DNA from: Dehalococcoidia bacterium
GTDB lineage: Bacteria; Chloroflexota; Dehalococcoidia; GIF9; AB-539-J10
Length of the DNA stretch: 61,097 bases
NCBI GenBank assembly: GCA_030611085.1
Contig: JAUWQI010000005.1
Span: 1-61,097 of the forward strand
Direction of reading: 5' to 3'
The position numbers and the translations under genes are program-made. Under the pieces are notes generated by a model. It made no database searches, had not been told where the DNA came from, and saw only the letters and a program-made list of their open reading frames with translations. This document shows positions 54,213 to 61,097 of the stretch, one piece after another (the first letter of the stretch is position 1; each line of letters begins with the position of its first letter).

Positions 54213-56780
54213 TTAGCTTGCCGCTAGAGCATGCCGATAAATTTGCTCAAAGGTGGTGGCTGTTGTAGAGCGAAACACCTCCTCAGTAACTTTTATGTAA
54301 CGCCAAAGAATGCTTGTCAGAGCGCCGGCATCTTGACACCACTTCTTAGCTCGGGCGTCCTTCTGAGCTACATCAATATCCTCTCGTCCCTTAGTTTCCA
54401 CAATGAACATTTCCCCGGCAATGCTTCTTACTATGAAATCAGGCCAATAGGAATGCCAGCCTCCTCGTGTGTCAAGATACTCGATGGAGAAAGGCGTGTT
54501 TTGGGTTAATTTAGCGAAGGCGTCAATATCTTGTGCTCCTTCGAGAAAAGAGGCAAACTCTGCCTCAAAGCGGTTATCACAGGCTACCAGGTTAAAGACT
54601 GTCTTTCGCGCCCGCGTGACTTCCCTTGACCAAAGGAAGGCGGGAGTTGTCTCACCAACTTTCAATGGTGGTGCTGTCACTCTCACCGGCTGGGGCTTGA
54701 TAACCAAGTTATTGATTGCTTGGCTGAATATATCGAGGAGAACTTGGCGGACATCAGACTCGTTCAAACGCCGCAGCACTCGTCTCTGGCTTAAGTCAAC
54801 TTCCTTACCAAATATCACCCTCTCAAGATATGCCTGGATTTTGGGGGCAAGCTCGGCAAACTTACCTCCCGTTCTGAGGTGAACCTGCTCCAGGATCTGA
54901 TTAGTAAAGTATGCTACCACTGCTCCCGGTTCCTCAGGAACAGGCAAATCCCAGTATCGGTCTATGACCTTCTCCGCGGTCAAGGCGTCAAAACCCTCAT
55001 AATGGGTGATGTCGGTTGGCAGCTCATCTCCCAAGGGAACTGTCCTCCGAGGAAGCTTGAAAGGATCAATATCGGCAAGGGAAACAGACAACCGACTTAA
55101 AGCTGGAGAAAGCTGAGGAATGGAGAGGTCATATTCGCTCTTTTCAGGATCAGGGAGAATAGTGCGGATATCAACGTGGTCTTTGCCAATATGCGTTTCG
55201 CCAAAGGTAACCCCTTCATTTTCTAGCTCTCGGACAACATCCTCAAATGCCTTATTGCCAATGACATCTACGTTCTCGATATACCCCGAAGAGGGACCCT
55301 CCATAAGCCTGAGGCCCCGACCAATGGTTTGTTCGGGCAGGATGTCCGCCTTGGCGCTGTAGGGTCGAAGGCCAACGATAACGGTAACATTCTTCACATC
55401 CCAACCCTCTCGCAACATCAACACACTGACGATGGCAGAATAAGGATTGTCACGACTATCCACCTCACGGGCAGCCTGGCGCAACTGGTTAAGCAGCTTT
55501 TTATTAGTCGTAGTCTCGATAATTTCACCCTTGGCATTGGTGTGGATTTCCAACACCTTACCACTCAGGTCGGGGAGGGTTTCCAGATATTCAGCAATCT
55601 GGTGAGCAGCCGTGGTATTCTCGCCCATGACAAACAACACTGGCTTTCGCCTACTGTCTTTAAGAGAATCCTGGTATTCCTTCCAACGAGCTATCCCAGC
55701 GTCAATCCAAGGGCGATATCGCACATCAGCTTTATCGGAGGCTACTTCCTGCCCCTTTTCTATCCTCCCAATAATGGGGCGCTTTACGATGTCGGCCTCA
55801 ATAGCCTCAGCCACAGGATAGTCAACTATAGTCCAGGGGAAGAGAACGCCATTCTCATCCCTCGGAGTAGCAGAGAAGTCAAGTTGTGCTGCCAAACCAG
55901 CCTTTCCTCTGCCCTTAAGCTCCCCATCCAAACGGTCTATGATTTGATACCACACCAAGTCCTCACCATGAACATGGTGGCGGACATGATGCCCCTCATC
56001 ATTGAGCACCATCAAGTCGAGGTGCTTGATGATGCGGTCGATAAGTTCCTCACTGCTTACCTCAATTTTCCTCTTCGGGCTAGTGCCGACAATCGCCTTC
56101 ACCGGGTTGATTTCCTCCTGTTTCTCTCGTTGATAGAGACGCTGAATATTAGTCAGATAGAGCGTCCCCGCAGTAGTAGCAGCGACAGCCTCATCCCGCA
56201 AGATAACCTGCATATCCCACTCGGATAGCCACTCTGGTGGTATAAGAGGGTCATCGCGGAATATCTTGCCGTTCTCAAAGTCCCGTTTCAACCGCTCGAA
56301 GACGATGACATTAGGGGCAATAAGGAGAAAGTTTTTCGCCAGCGGTGAGTTTGCCTCCTTTATGGCGTGAAAGTAAGACCAGACTATCGCCAGGCTCATC
56401 ACCTTTGTTTTACCCGAACCAGTAGCCATTTTAAAGGTGTAGCGGGGCCAGCGGTCAACACGAGGGTCAACAGCAATTGGCTTATCGGGAGCAGCGAAGT
56501 CCTGCGCTAGTTTATAGAGGTTTCGTGCTTGAACAACTTCATAGCAGTAGATAAGAGTCTCAATAGCCTCCCTCTGGCAGAAGTAGTAACTGAAGGGCTT
56601 GCTGTCAGGCGATTTATGGTCTTCAAAAAACCAGTAGGTTAAGAGCCTTCTGGTGGTATTGGAGATGCCAGGATAATCTTGGTTTCGCCAATCAGTTATC
56701 GCCTCACGCAGCTTAAGCACCAGAGAGACTTGACTCTCCTGCCGACTTGTAGGTATGGCATAAGCATTGAGCAGTTTCAT
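54213..56780 (-). CDS. res: Type III restriction enzyme Res subunit (SF2 helicase + C-terminal PD-(D/E)xK nuclease)
   Basis: 855 aa. Walker A is KMATGSGKTKV, motif II is LNDEGHHV, and the C-terminal nuclease motif is YWPDFIV...FIVETKG. Confidence 0.85.
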   Translation of the reverse strand: MKLLNAYAIPTSRQESQVSLVLKLREAITDWRNQDYPGISNTTRRLLTYWFFEDHKSPDSKPFSYYFCQREAIETLIYCYEVVQARNLYKLAQDFAAPDKPIAVDPRVDRWPRYTFKMATGSGKTKVMSLAIVWSYFHAIKEANSPLAKNFLLIAPNVIVFERLKRDFENGKIFRDDPLIPPEWLSEWDMQVILRDEAVAATTAGTLYLTNIQRLYQREKQEEINPVKAIVGTSPKRKIEVSSEELIDRIIKHLDLMVLNDEGHHVRHHVHGEDLVWYQIIDRLDGELKGRGKAGLAAQLDFSATPRDENGVLFPWTIVDYPVAEAIEADIVKRPIIGRIEKGQEVASDKADVRYRPWIDAGIARWKEYQDSLKDSRRKPVLFVMGENTTAAHQIAEYLETLPDLSGKVLEIHTNAKGEIIETTTNKKLLNQLRQAAREVDSRDNPYSAIVSVLMLREGWDVKNVTVIVGLRPYSAKADILPEQTIGRGLRLMEGPSSGYIENVDVIGNKAFEDVVRELENEGVTFGETHIGKDHVDIRTILPDPEKSEYDLSIPQLSPALSRLSVSLADIDPFKLPRRTVPLGDELPTDITHYEGFDALTAEKVIDRYWDLPVPEEPGAVVAYFTNQILEQVHLRTGGKFAELAPKIQAYLERVIFGKEVDLSQRRVLRRLNESDVRQVLLDIFSQAINNLVIKPQPVRVTAPPLKVGETTPAFLWSREVTRARKTVFNLVACDNRFEAEFASFLEGAQDIDAFAKLTQNTPFSIEYLDTRGGWHSYWPDFIVRSIAGEMFIVETKGREDIDVAQKDARAKKWCQDAGALTSILWRYIKVTEEVFRSTTATTFEQIYRHALAAS

Positions 56781-56880
56781 AGCACTCCCCCAACAAGCTT
56801 GGTTACCAATATGTTACAAAATTTGACAAATGTCACAATAAATGTTATATAATAAGTAATTCGAGTCATCGAAGGTGGAT

Positions 56881-56929
56881 AACCCGTAAGGGTTAGCGTG
56901 CAAATGTCGGGGCTTCCCCGACTTTTGCA
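56881..56929 (-). terminator. Two consecutive hairpins immediately after the DUF3800 gene stop
   Basis: aaccc-gtaa-gggtt (56881-56894) and gcaaatgtcggg-gcttc-cccgacttttgc (56900-56928, one mismatch). No U-tract. Confidence 0.35.
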
Positions 56930-56930
56930 T

Positions 56931-57692
56931 TTAATCGAAAAGTTTTTGGCCATACAGATTATATTTACCTCGAAACATCTTTGCTAACCGCGTTCCAAAT
57001 GATGGTGGTGATGGAGGTATCCTGCCCTGTGAGCTCAAGATGTAAAGCTTTGACGGGTGAGCTAGCAAATCAGCTAATTGAAGCCCAGCGATATTCTGGC
57101 TTTTATATTTTACCTTGAGTTCTTTGCTAGAAAGGATCTTTTGGAACTCCTGCGTTGGAATATAATAAGTGCCGTGCTCCCAGACATATTGGTAGGCTTC
57201 TTTCAATGCTAGATCTTCCTTTCCTCCTCTGCCCTCCGCTAAAACATCTCCCTTTGCATGGTTGTATCTGAGATAACCACGGTAACGCTCCAATAAGAAA
57301 GCTAAACATAAGTGGTATGGATGGATTGCTGCATCGCCATAGCGGTCCCTATGCGCTTTTTTATCGATGACCGCAGTAAATAACTCGAATTGAGAGGTTC
57401 GCATGAACTCCATGAAATCCTTTTCCCAAGCGGCATTGCAGTCAGTGTTATCTAGCACACCGAAGGCATGGCGGCGGTTAATAATGTCTTCCCGATGTAG
57501 TATGACAGGTTCATCAGGATTATGAGGAAAATGTGATTGTTTTAAAGCTTCCAGTTGCGGCTGAAATTTAAGGCGATAGTAATCAGACTCGATAGCAATG
57601 CCAGTCAACCCAAGATAGCGACGATTAATGTCCTCTAAGTTCTTATAGGTATGGTCGCCAGACTCATCAATATACAGCCGGTAACGCTTCAT
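56931..57692 (-). CDS. DUF3800-like protein
   Basis: 253 aa. N-terminal YRLYIDESGDH and C-terminal GLQLADLLAHP, as I recall for DUF3800. It starts 18 nt after the mod stop, with AAGAAGGA as RBS. Confidence 0.55.
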   Translation of the reverse strand: MKRYRLYIDESGDHTYKNLEDINRRYLGLTGIAIESDYYRLKFQPQLEALKQSHFPHNPDEPVILHREDIINRRHAFGVLDNTDCNAAWEKDFMEFMRTSQFELFTAVIDKKAHRDRYGDAAIHPYHLCLAFLLERYRGYLRYNHAKGDVLAEGRGGKEDLALKEAYQYVWEHGTYYIPTQEFQKILSSKELKVKYKSQNIAGLQLADLLAHPSKLYILSSQGRIPPSPPSFGTRLAKMFRGKYNLYGQKLFD

Positions 57693-57710
57693 TGTCCTTC
57701 TTTTTGAGCT

Positions 57711-59633
57711 TCACCCAATTACAATCTCCACTACTTTTGTGATGTCGTTGCCAAAGATGTCCACTACCTTGACCAGCACCTTGTAGGAGCCTGGGTTTTG
57801 GTAAGTATGTGGGTCGCTCTCAGTCTTCAGGCTAGGGTGCCTCCGAGTGCGGTATGATTGCCACTGATTGTGGAAGGTATCTTCCTTAAAGTCCCAGTCC
57901 ACCGCCCAGTAGTCAATCCAGTCCGACCATTTTTTAACCTTACCCTTGAGGTCATCGGGGACAAGCTCTGGATTGGGGATAAAGAAGTTCCTGAGCCGAA
58001 CCTGGGCTGTTCTGCCCTCTTTAACTATCTCGGTCTCCAGGTGAGCCAGCTCATAGAAGTGGACATCCCCCGCCTCCACCGCCCTTCTATCCATCACCTC
58101 ACGGGGAATCTGTAAAAGCCGCAAATCAACGCCTTCCCTTCTGGCATCTGATTCATAGACATCGTGGAGCCCCATCTCCCATTCCCAGCCCAGCACATCC
58201 AGAGCGTTGAATCTGTTAGCTGAGCACTCTTTCAAGGCATCAGCAATCTCGGAGTGGGTAACCGGGGCATCGGAAGCTCCCACATGAACCATCCTTCCCC
58301 CTTTCCTGCCGTGGAGGTGAGAAAACTGGTTGACCACCGGCTGGGCGCGGTAAAGCTCAACGATAAAGGCTAAATACTCAAAGACTGCCTTCCTATCATC
58401 CTTTTCGCCGCCGTTTATCACATTCACCTGCCAGTAACGGCGCTCATATTTGCCAAGATTCAGGATTTCAAAGGGCTTGCAATCGGGAATATCTAGCAGG
58501 CGCTTCCTGGTAGTATGGATAGCAAACCTCCCTAAATCACAGCCAATCCAGCGGCGCGGTTTGTCTTTATAATAAATTGAGCGGTTTCCTTCTTTTTTTA
58601 CCCTTAGACCCTCTGCTGCAGCCAAAGTAGCTCCACTACCCATGAAAAAATCTGCTACCAAATCTCCTTCATTGGTTGATGCATCTACGATCCGTCCAAC
58701 AAGCTCAACAGGCTTTTGGGTATCATAACCAGTTTGTTCTTGTGAATGTTCGACCACAAAGGGTATCTCCCATACATCGTGCATTTGAACACCCTTAGTA
58801 GGTTCACTGGTGCGTTGAGTTATCATTCTTCCGCTTTCATCTAAAACATTTATGCGCCTCGTATCTCCGTGTACCGCTTGAGTAGAACTAGCCAATGATT
58901 GGAATAATTGATTAAACTTATAGTTTTGAGTTTTTGAATAGAACAAAATCACATCATGCATCCTTTGAAAATTATTGGATGCCGCGGTCCATCGCTTATA
59001 CCACCAGACAATCTCATTTCTAAAATTATCTCTCCCAAAAATCTCGTCCATTAACAGCTTCACATAGTGCCCCACATGCCAATCAAGATGGACATAGATA
59101 GAGCCATTATCCGCTAAGAGGTCTCGCATCAGCACCAATCGCTCATACATCATCTGAAGGTAGGAATCGGTGCTCCTGCCCCAGGTATCGTTATAGGCTT
59201 TCTGCTCAATAATGGAGGGCTGCTTTGCCACCTCCTCATCCCCCACCTTTACCCTAAAGCTGAAATCATCGCCGGTATCAAAGGGCGGGTCAATATAGAT
59301 GAGGTTGATTTTGCCTTTCATCGGCTTCAAGCCAACGGTGGGGTCGCCCTCAATGAGGGATGCCAGCACATACTTATTATCGCCCCAGACGAGTTTGTTG
59401 CGCCACGAGGGTCGCTCCACCTCGCCCTCAAAGAGGGGCAAGGGAGGCAATCCAGCGAGGAGAGGTTCTCTTTCGCGAGTAGCCCGGGATTGATTGATGG
59501 TCTCAATTACCTGGAAAGGCAAGGCAATTCGCTCTATCGGTCGGAGGTTACCTGCATCATCGTATTTGCCCTCCCAGACAAGCTCAGTCCTTCTGGCGTT
59601 AGCTCTCAGCTTTTGGTTTGGAAGTTCTGCCAT
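57711..59633 (-). CDS. mod: Type III-like DNA methyltransferase Mod (beta class, N6-adenine type) with PKD-like C-terminal domain
   Basis: 640 aa. Motif IV is LIYIDPPFDTGDDF, followed about 230 aa later by motif I DFFMGSGATLAAAEG. The C-terminus is VDWDFKED...HTYQNPGSYKVLVKVVDIFGND. Confidence 0.85.
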   Translation of the reverse strand: MAELPNQKLRANARRTELVWEGKYDDAGNLRPIERIALPFQVIETINQSRATREREPLLAGLPPLPLFEGEVERPSWRNKLVWGDNKYVLASLIEGDPTVGLKPMKGKINLIYIDPPFDTGDDFSFRVKVGDEEVAKQPSIIEQKAYNDTWGRSTDSYLQMMYERLVLMRDLLADNGSIYVHLDWHVGHYVKLLMDEIFGRDNFRNEIVWWYKRWTAASNNFQRMHDVILFYSKTQNYKFNQLFQSLASSTQAVHGDTRRINVLDESGRMITQRTSEPTKGVQMHDVWEIPFVVEHSQEQTGYDTQKPVELVGRIVDASTNEGDLVADFFMGSGATLAAAEGLRVKKEGNRSIYYKDKPRRWIGCDLGRFAIHTTRKRLLDIPDCKPFEILNLGKYERRYWQVNVINGGEKDDRKAVFEYLAFIVELYRAQPVVNQFSHLHGRKGGRMVHVGASDAPVTHSEIADALKECSANRFNALDVLGWEWEMGLHDVYESDARREGVDLRLLQIPREVMDRRAVEAGDVHFYELAHLETEIVKEGRTAQVRLRNFFIPNPELVPDDLKGKVKKWSDWIDYWAVDWDFKEDTFHNQWQSYRTRRHPSLKTESDPHTYQNPGSYKVLVKVVDIFGNDITKVVEIVIG

Positions 59634-59733
59634 AGTCTTTCCCCTTTGCCATTAGTATAGCAGATTAAATATCCTGGGAAGAAGATAGGTTGAAACCGAC
59701 TTTAATGAAGTAAAAGTCTTCTGGGAACACACT

Positions 59734-59940
59734 CTAGCTATTTGCTTCCTTAAGTAGCCATGCAACGGATACTTTAAGGGCTTTAGCTAGGGCAACTACT
59801 TCAAAATCAAACACTGGGCGAGTCCCTTGCTCAATTTTGGAGATGGTTGATTGGTCGACTTTAAGGTCTAATACCTGCAACCTTGCTACCAGGTCTTTTT
59901 GAGTTATAGGCGGCTTTGCTTGCTTCCTTGCCTGTCGAAC
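59734..59940 (-). pseudogene. XRE-type HTH ORF without a canonical start codon (controller-protein-like; possibly degraded)
   Basis: My translation gives ...VRQARKQAKPPITQKDLVARLQVLDLKVDQSTISKIEQGTRPVFDFEVVALAKALKVSVAWLLKEANS*, with TAG at 59734-59736. Upstream in frame there is no ATG, GTG or TTG back to a TAA. Confidence 0.4.
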
Positions 59941-59951
59941 ACAAAAGAAGG

Positions 59952-60215
59952 TTACTTCCTGCGAGGCAGGAAAAGGGAGACGATGTATAGGATAGCTCCA
60001 AGTGAGAAGATTACAACACCCTCTAACATGAATTTAGAGCTGGCTACTAGGGCCATTCCTGCACACATAGCTCCAAAGCCTACACCGCCAATCTGCTGGT
60101 ATGAAATAGTCTTCCTAAGGCGCGTAACTGACTGGTGGATCTCCATAACCTTCTCCTTAGTTTCTGTAAGCTCACTCTGGATCACTTCTAGCTGGCTCTT
60201 TTCAGATTCATCCAT
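59952..60215 (-). CDS. Small membrane protein (N-terminal charged helix + two TM helices)
   Basis: MDESEKSQLEVIQSELTETKEKVMEIHQ... followed by GGVGFGAMCAGMALVASS and GVVIFSLGAILYIVSLFL. The ATG at 60215 has GGAGGTGA 8 nt upstream. Confidence 0.45.
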   Translation of the reverse strand: MDESEKSQLEVIQSELTETKEKVMEIHQSVTRLRKTISYQQIGGVGFGAMCAGMALVASSKFMLEGVVIFSLGAILYIVSLFLPRRK

Positions 60216-60243
60216 AGCCTCACCTCCTACATACCACATGATA

Positions 60244-60465
60244 CTATTTTTGCTCACCAAATAAAAATAGCTGTGGCAAAGAAACTTCTAGAGCTTCTGC
60301 TATTGCTGCAATATTCTTCAGCGCTGGATTACGTTCTCCCCTTTCAATGCTACCGAGGTATGTGCGATGCACGCCAGCCTTGAACGCCAGTTCCTCTTGG
60401 GATAAACCCCTCGCTAGTCGTAACTCTCGAACTGTTTGGCCAAATTGCTTCTGTATCATACTCAT
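60244..60465 (-). CDS. XRE-family helix-turn-helix transcriptional regulator
   Basis: 73 aa, with VRELRLARGLSQEELAFKAGVHRTYLGSIERGERNPALKNIAAIAEAL. Confidence 0.82.
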   Translation of the reverse strand: MSMIQKQFGQTVRELRLARGLSQEELAFKAGVHRTYLGSIERGERNPALKNIAAIAEALEVSLPQLFLFGEQK

Positions 60466-60535
60466 TTAATGTGCTTGCTAAAAGGGATAGCGCATTGTTC
60501 AGTTAAAAATCCGACAGTCCATATAAAATATGGAT

Positions 60536-61097
60536 ATGTTAAATGAGACACTCGTCACTTTATGCGGGGAACTATATGAACAAGGATTACCCAAGTCACA
60601 CATTGCCGAGAAGTTAGGAAAGAACCGGGAAACAATTCATATCTGGATTAGAGAGATAGAACAATACGGACTCATTGGGTTTCTCGACAGATACCGGCAG
60701 GCGAAGAAAGGCGAGAGAGCGAAAAGGAAGGCTAACCCGATAGTCAAAAGATGGATTTGGGAAATACGTGAAAGGGAATATGGTTGTTGCGGACAAAAGA
60801 TTCAGTATTTCCTTAACTTAGAGCATAACATTCACCTCTCTGTCCCCAAAATCAACGAGATACTAGCCGAGAAGTATGTTATCCATCCTAAGTGGCAGAA
60901 AAACAAGGTAAGGGGTGCCGTACCAAAGGCATCAATGCCGAGAGAAGTGATACAGAAGGATACCATCGACTTTGGCGAGCTCTATGCCTTTACTGCGATA
61001 GATATTTTTACCAGAGAAGCCGATATCCTCATTGCTACTGAGTTGACGGCTGATTTTGGATGTCAGTTCTTATACCAAAGTATGAGACGGCGGTTCG
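60536..61097 (+). mobile_element. 5' part of a DDE/integrase-type transposase gene (IS481/IS3-like), truncated by the window end
   Basis: My translation gives MLNETLVTLCGELYEQGLPKSHIAEKLGKNRETIHIWIREIEQYGLIGFLDRYRQ... (HTH), then ...VIQKDTIDFGELYAFTAIDIFTREADIL (start of the catalytic core). The palindrome tccatat-aaa-atatgga (60518-60534) abuts the ATG. Confidence 0.7.

Noticed and set aside
55329-56228. 299-aa ORF on the + strand, with neighbours at 54231-55362
   Set aside because: It lies entirely antisense to the well-supported res gene and has a low-complexity composition with no motifs. It is a typical shadow ORF.
56873-56881. DnaA-box-like ggtggataa
   Set aside because: It is a single 8/9 match inside an accessory island, with no cluster of boxes, no AT-rich unwinding element and no dnaA/dnaN context.
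59899-60264. 121-aa ORF on the + strand
   Set aside because: It is antisense to the small TM-protein gene and the HTH remnant. The minus-strand reading has a strong RBS and sensible TM topology.
1-61097. The whole window as a composite transposon bounded by IS copies
   Set aside because: The interior is dominated by essential single-copy housekeeping genes (secA, tyrS, glyA, prs, rpsU, purLQ). The IS fragments are more likely independent insertions.
1-61097. CRISPR arrays, rRNA and tRNA genes
   Set aside because: The dispersed hairpin repeats are not regularly spaced with unique spacers. No cloverleaf-compatible sequence or rRNA-like stretch was seen in any intergenic region by eye. tRNAscan or Infernal would be needed for certainty.

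Overview
This is a 61.1-kb bacterial chromosomal segment. SecA, RpsU, GGAGG-type ribosome-binding sites (RBS) and sigma70-like promoters mark it as bacterial. The gene content suggests an anaerobe: a group-3 [NiFe] hydrogenase with MvhD, a split archaeal/Thermotoga-type glutamate synthase, and AroH with a type I-beta DAHP synthase. It may be Chloroflexota-like, but that cannot be settled without a database search.

Gene layout:
- 0.2-12.5 kb (minus strand): HAD hydrolase, PolX, a 4-gene AT-rich methyltransferase/nuclease cassette, FmdB, SecA, Prs, an MFS transporter and GlyA.
- 12.9-19.2 kb (plus): AroH, DAHP synthase, RibF, TyrS, a class-V aminotransferase and SerA.
- 19.3-24.4 kb (minus): DUF1015, PurL, PurQ, YqeY and RpsU.
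- 24.6-39.9 kb (plus): a long run of glutamine/ammonia genes. These are NadE, ferredoxin, HisH, an FAD oxidoreductase, PdxT, three glutamate-synthase parts with HisF in between, an atypical OmpR-type regulator, a disrupted AsnB, Amt, PII and GlnA.
- 40.0-52.8 kb (plus): HypAB, a group-3 [NiFe] hydrogenase with a GltD-like partner and MvhD, then HypF, HypC, a lipoprotein, HypD and HypE, followed by AcpS.
- 53.4-61.1 kb: an accessory island. It holds an NYN pseudogene, a type III R-M with an embedded DUF3800 gene, XRE-type regulators and a truncated transposase.

No rRNA, tRNA or CRISPR array was seen. The segment is saturated with several families of short hairpin repeats, and some sit in frame inside conserved genes.

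Best candidates for an undescribed system:
- The 4-gene cassette at 2908-5526.
- The Mod-DUF3800-Res island at 54213-60465.
- The regulator plus direct-repeat operator controlling the nitrogen cluster.

All family assignments come from motifs read by eye. No searches were run.
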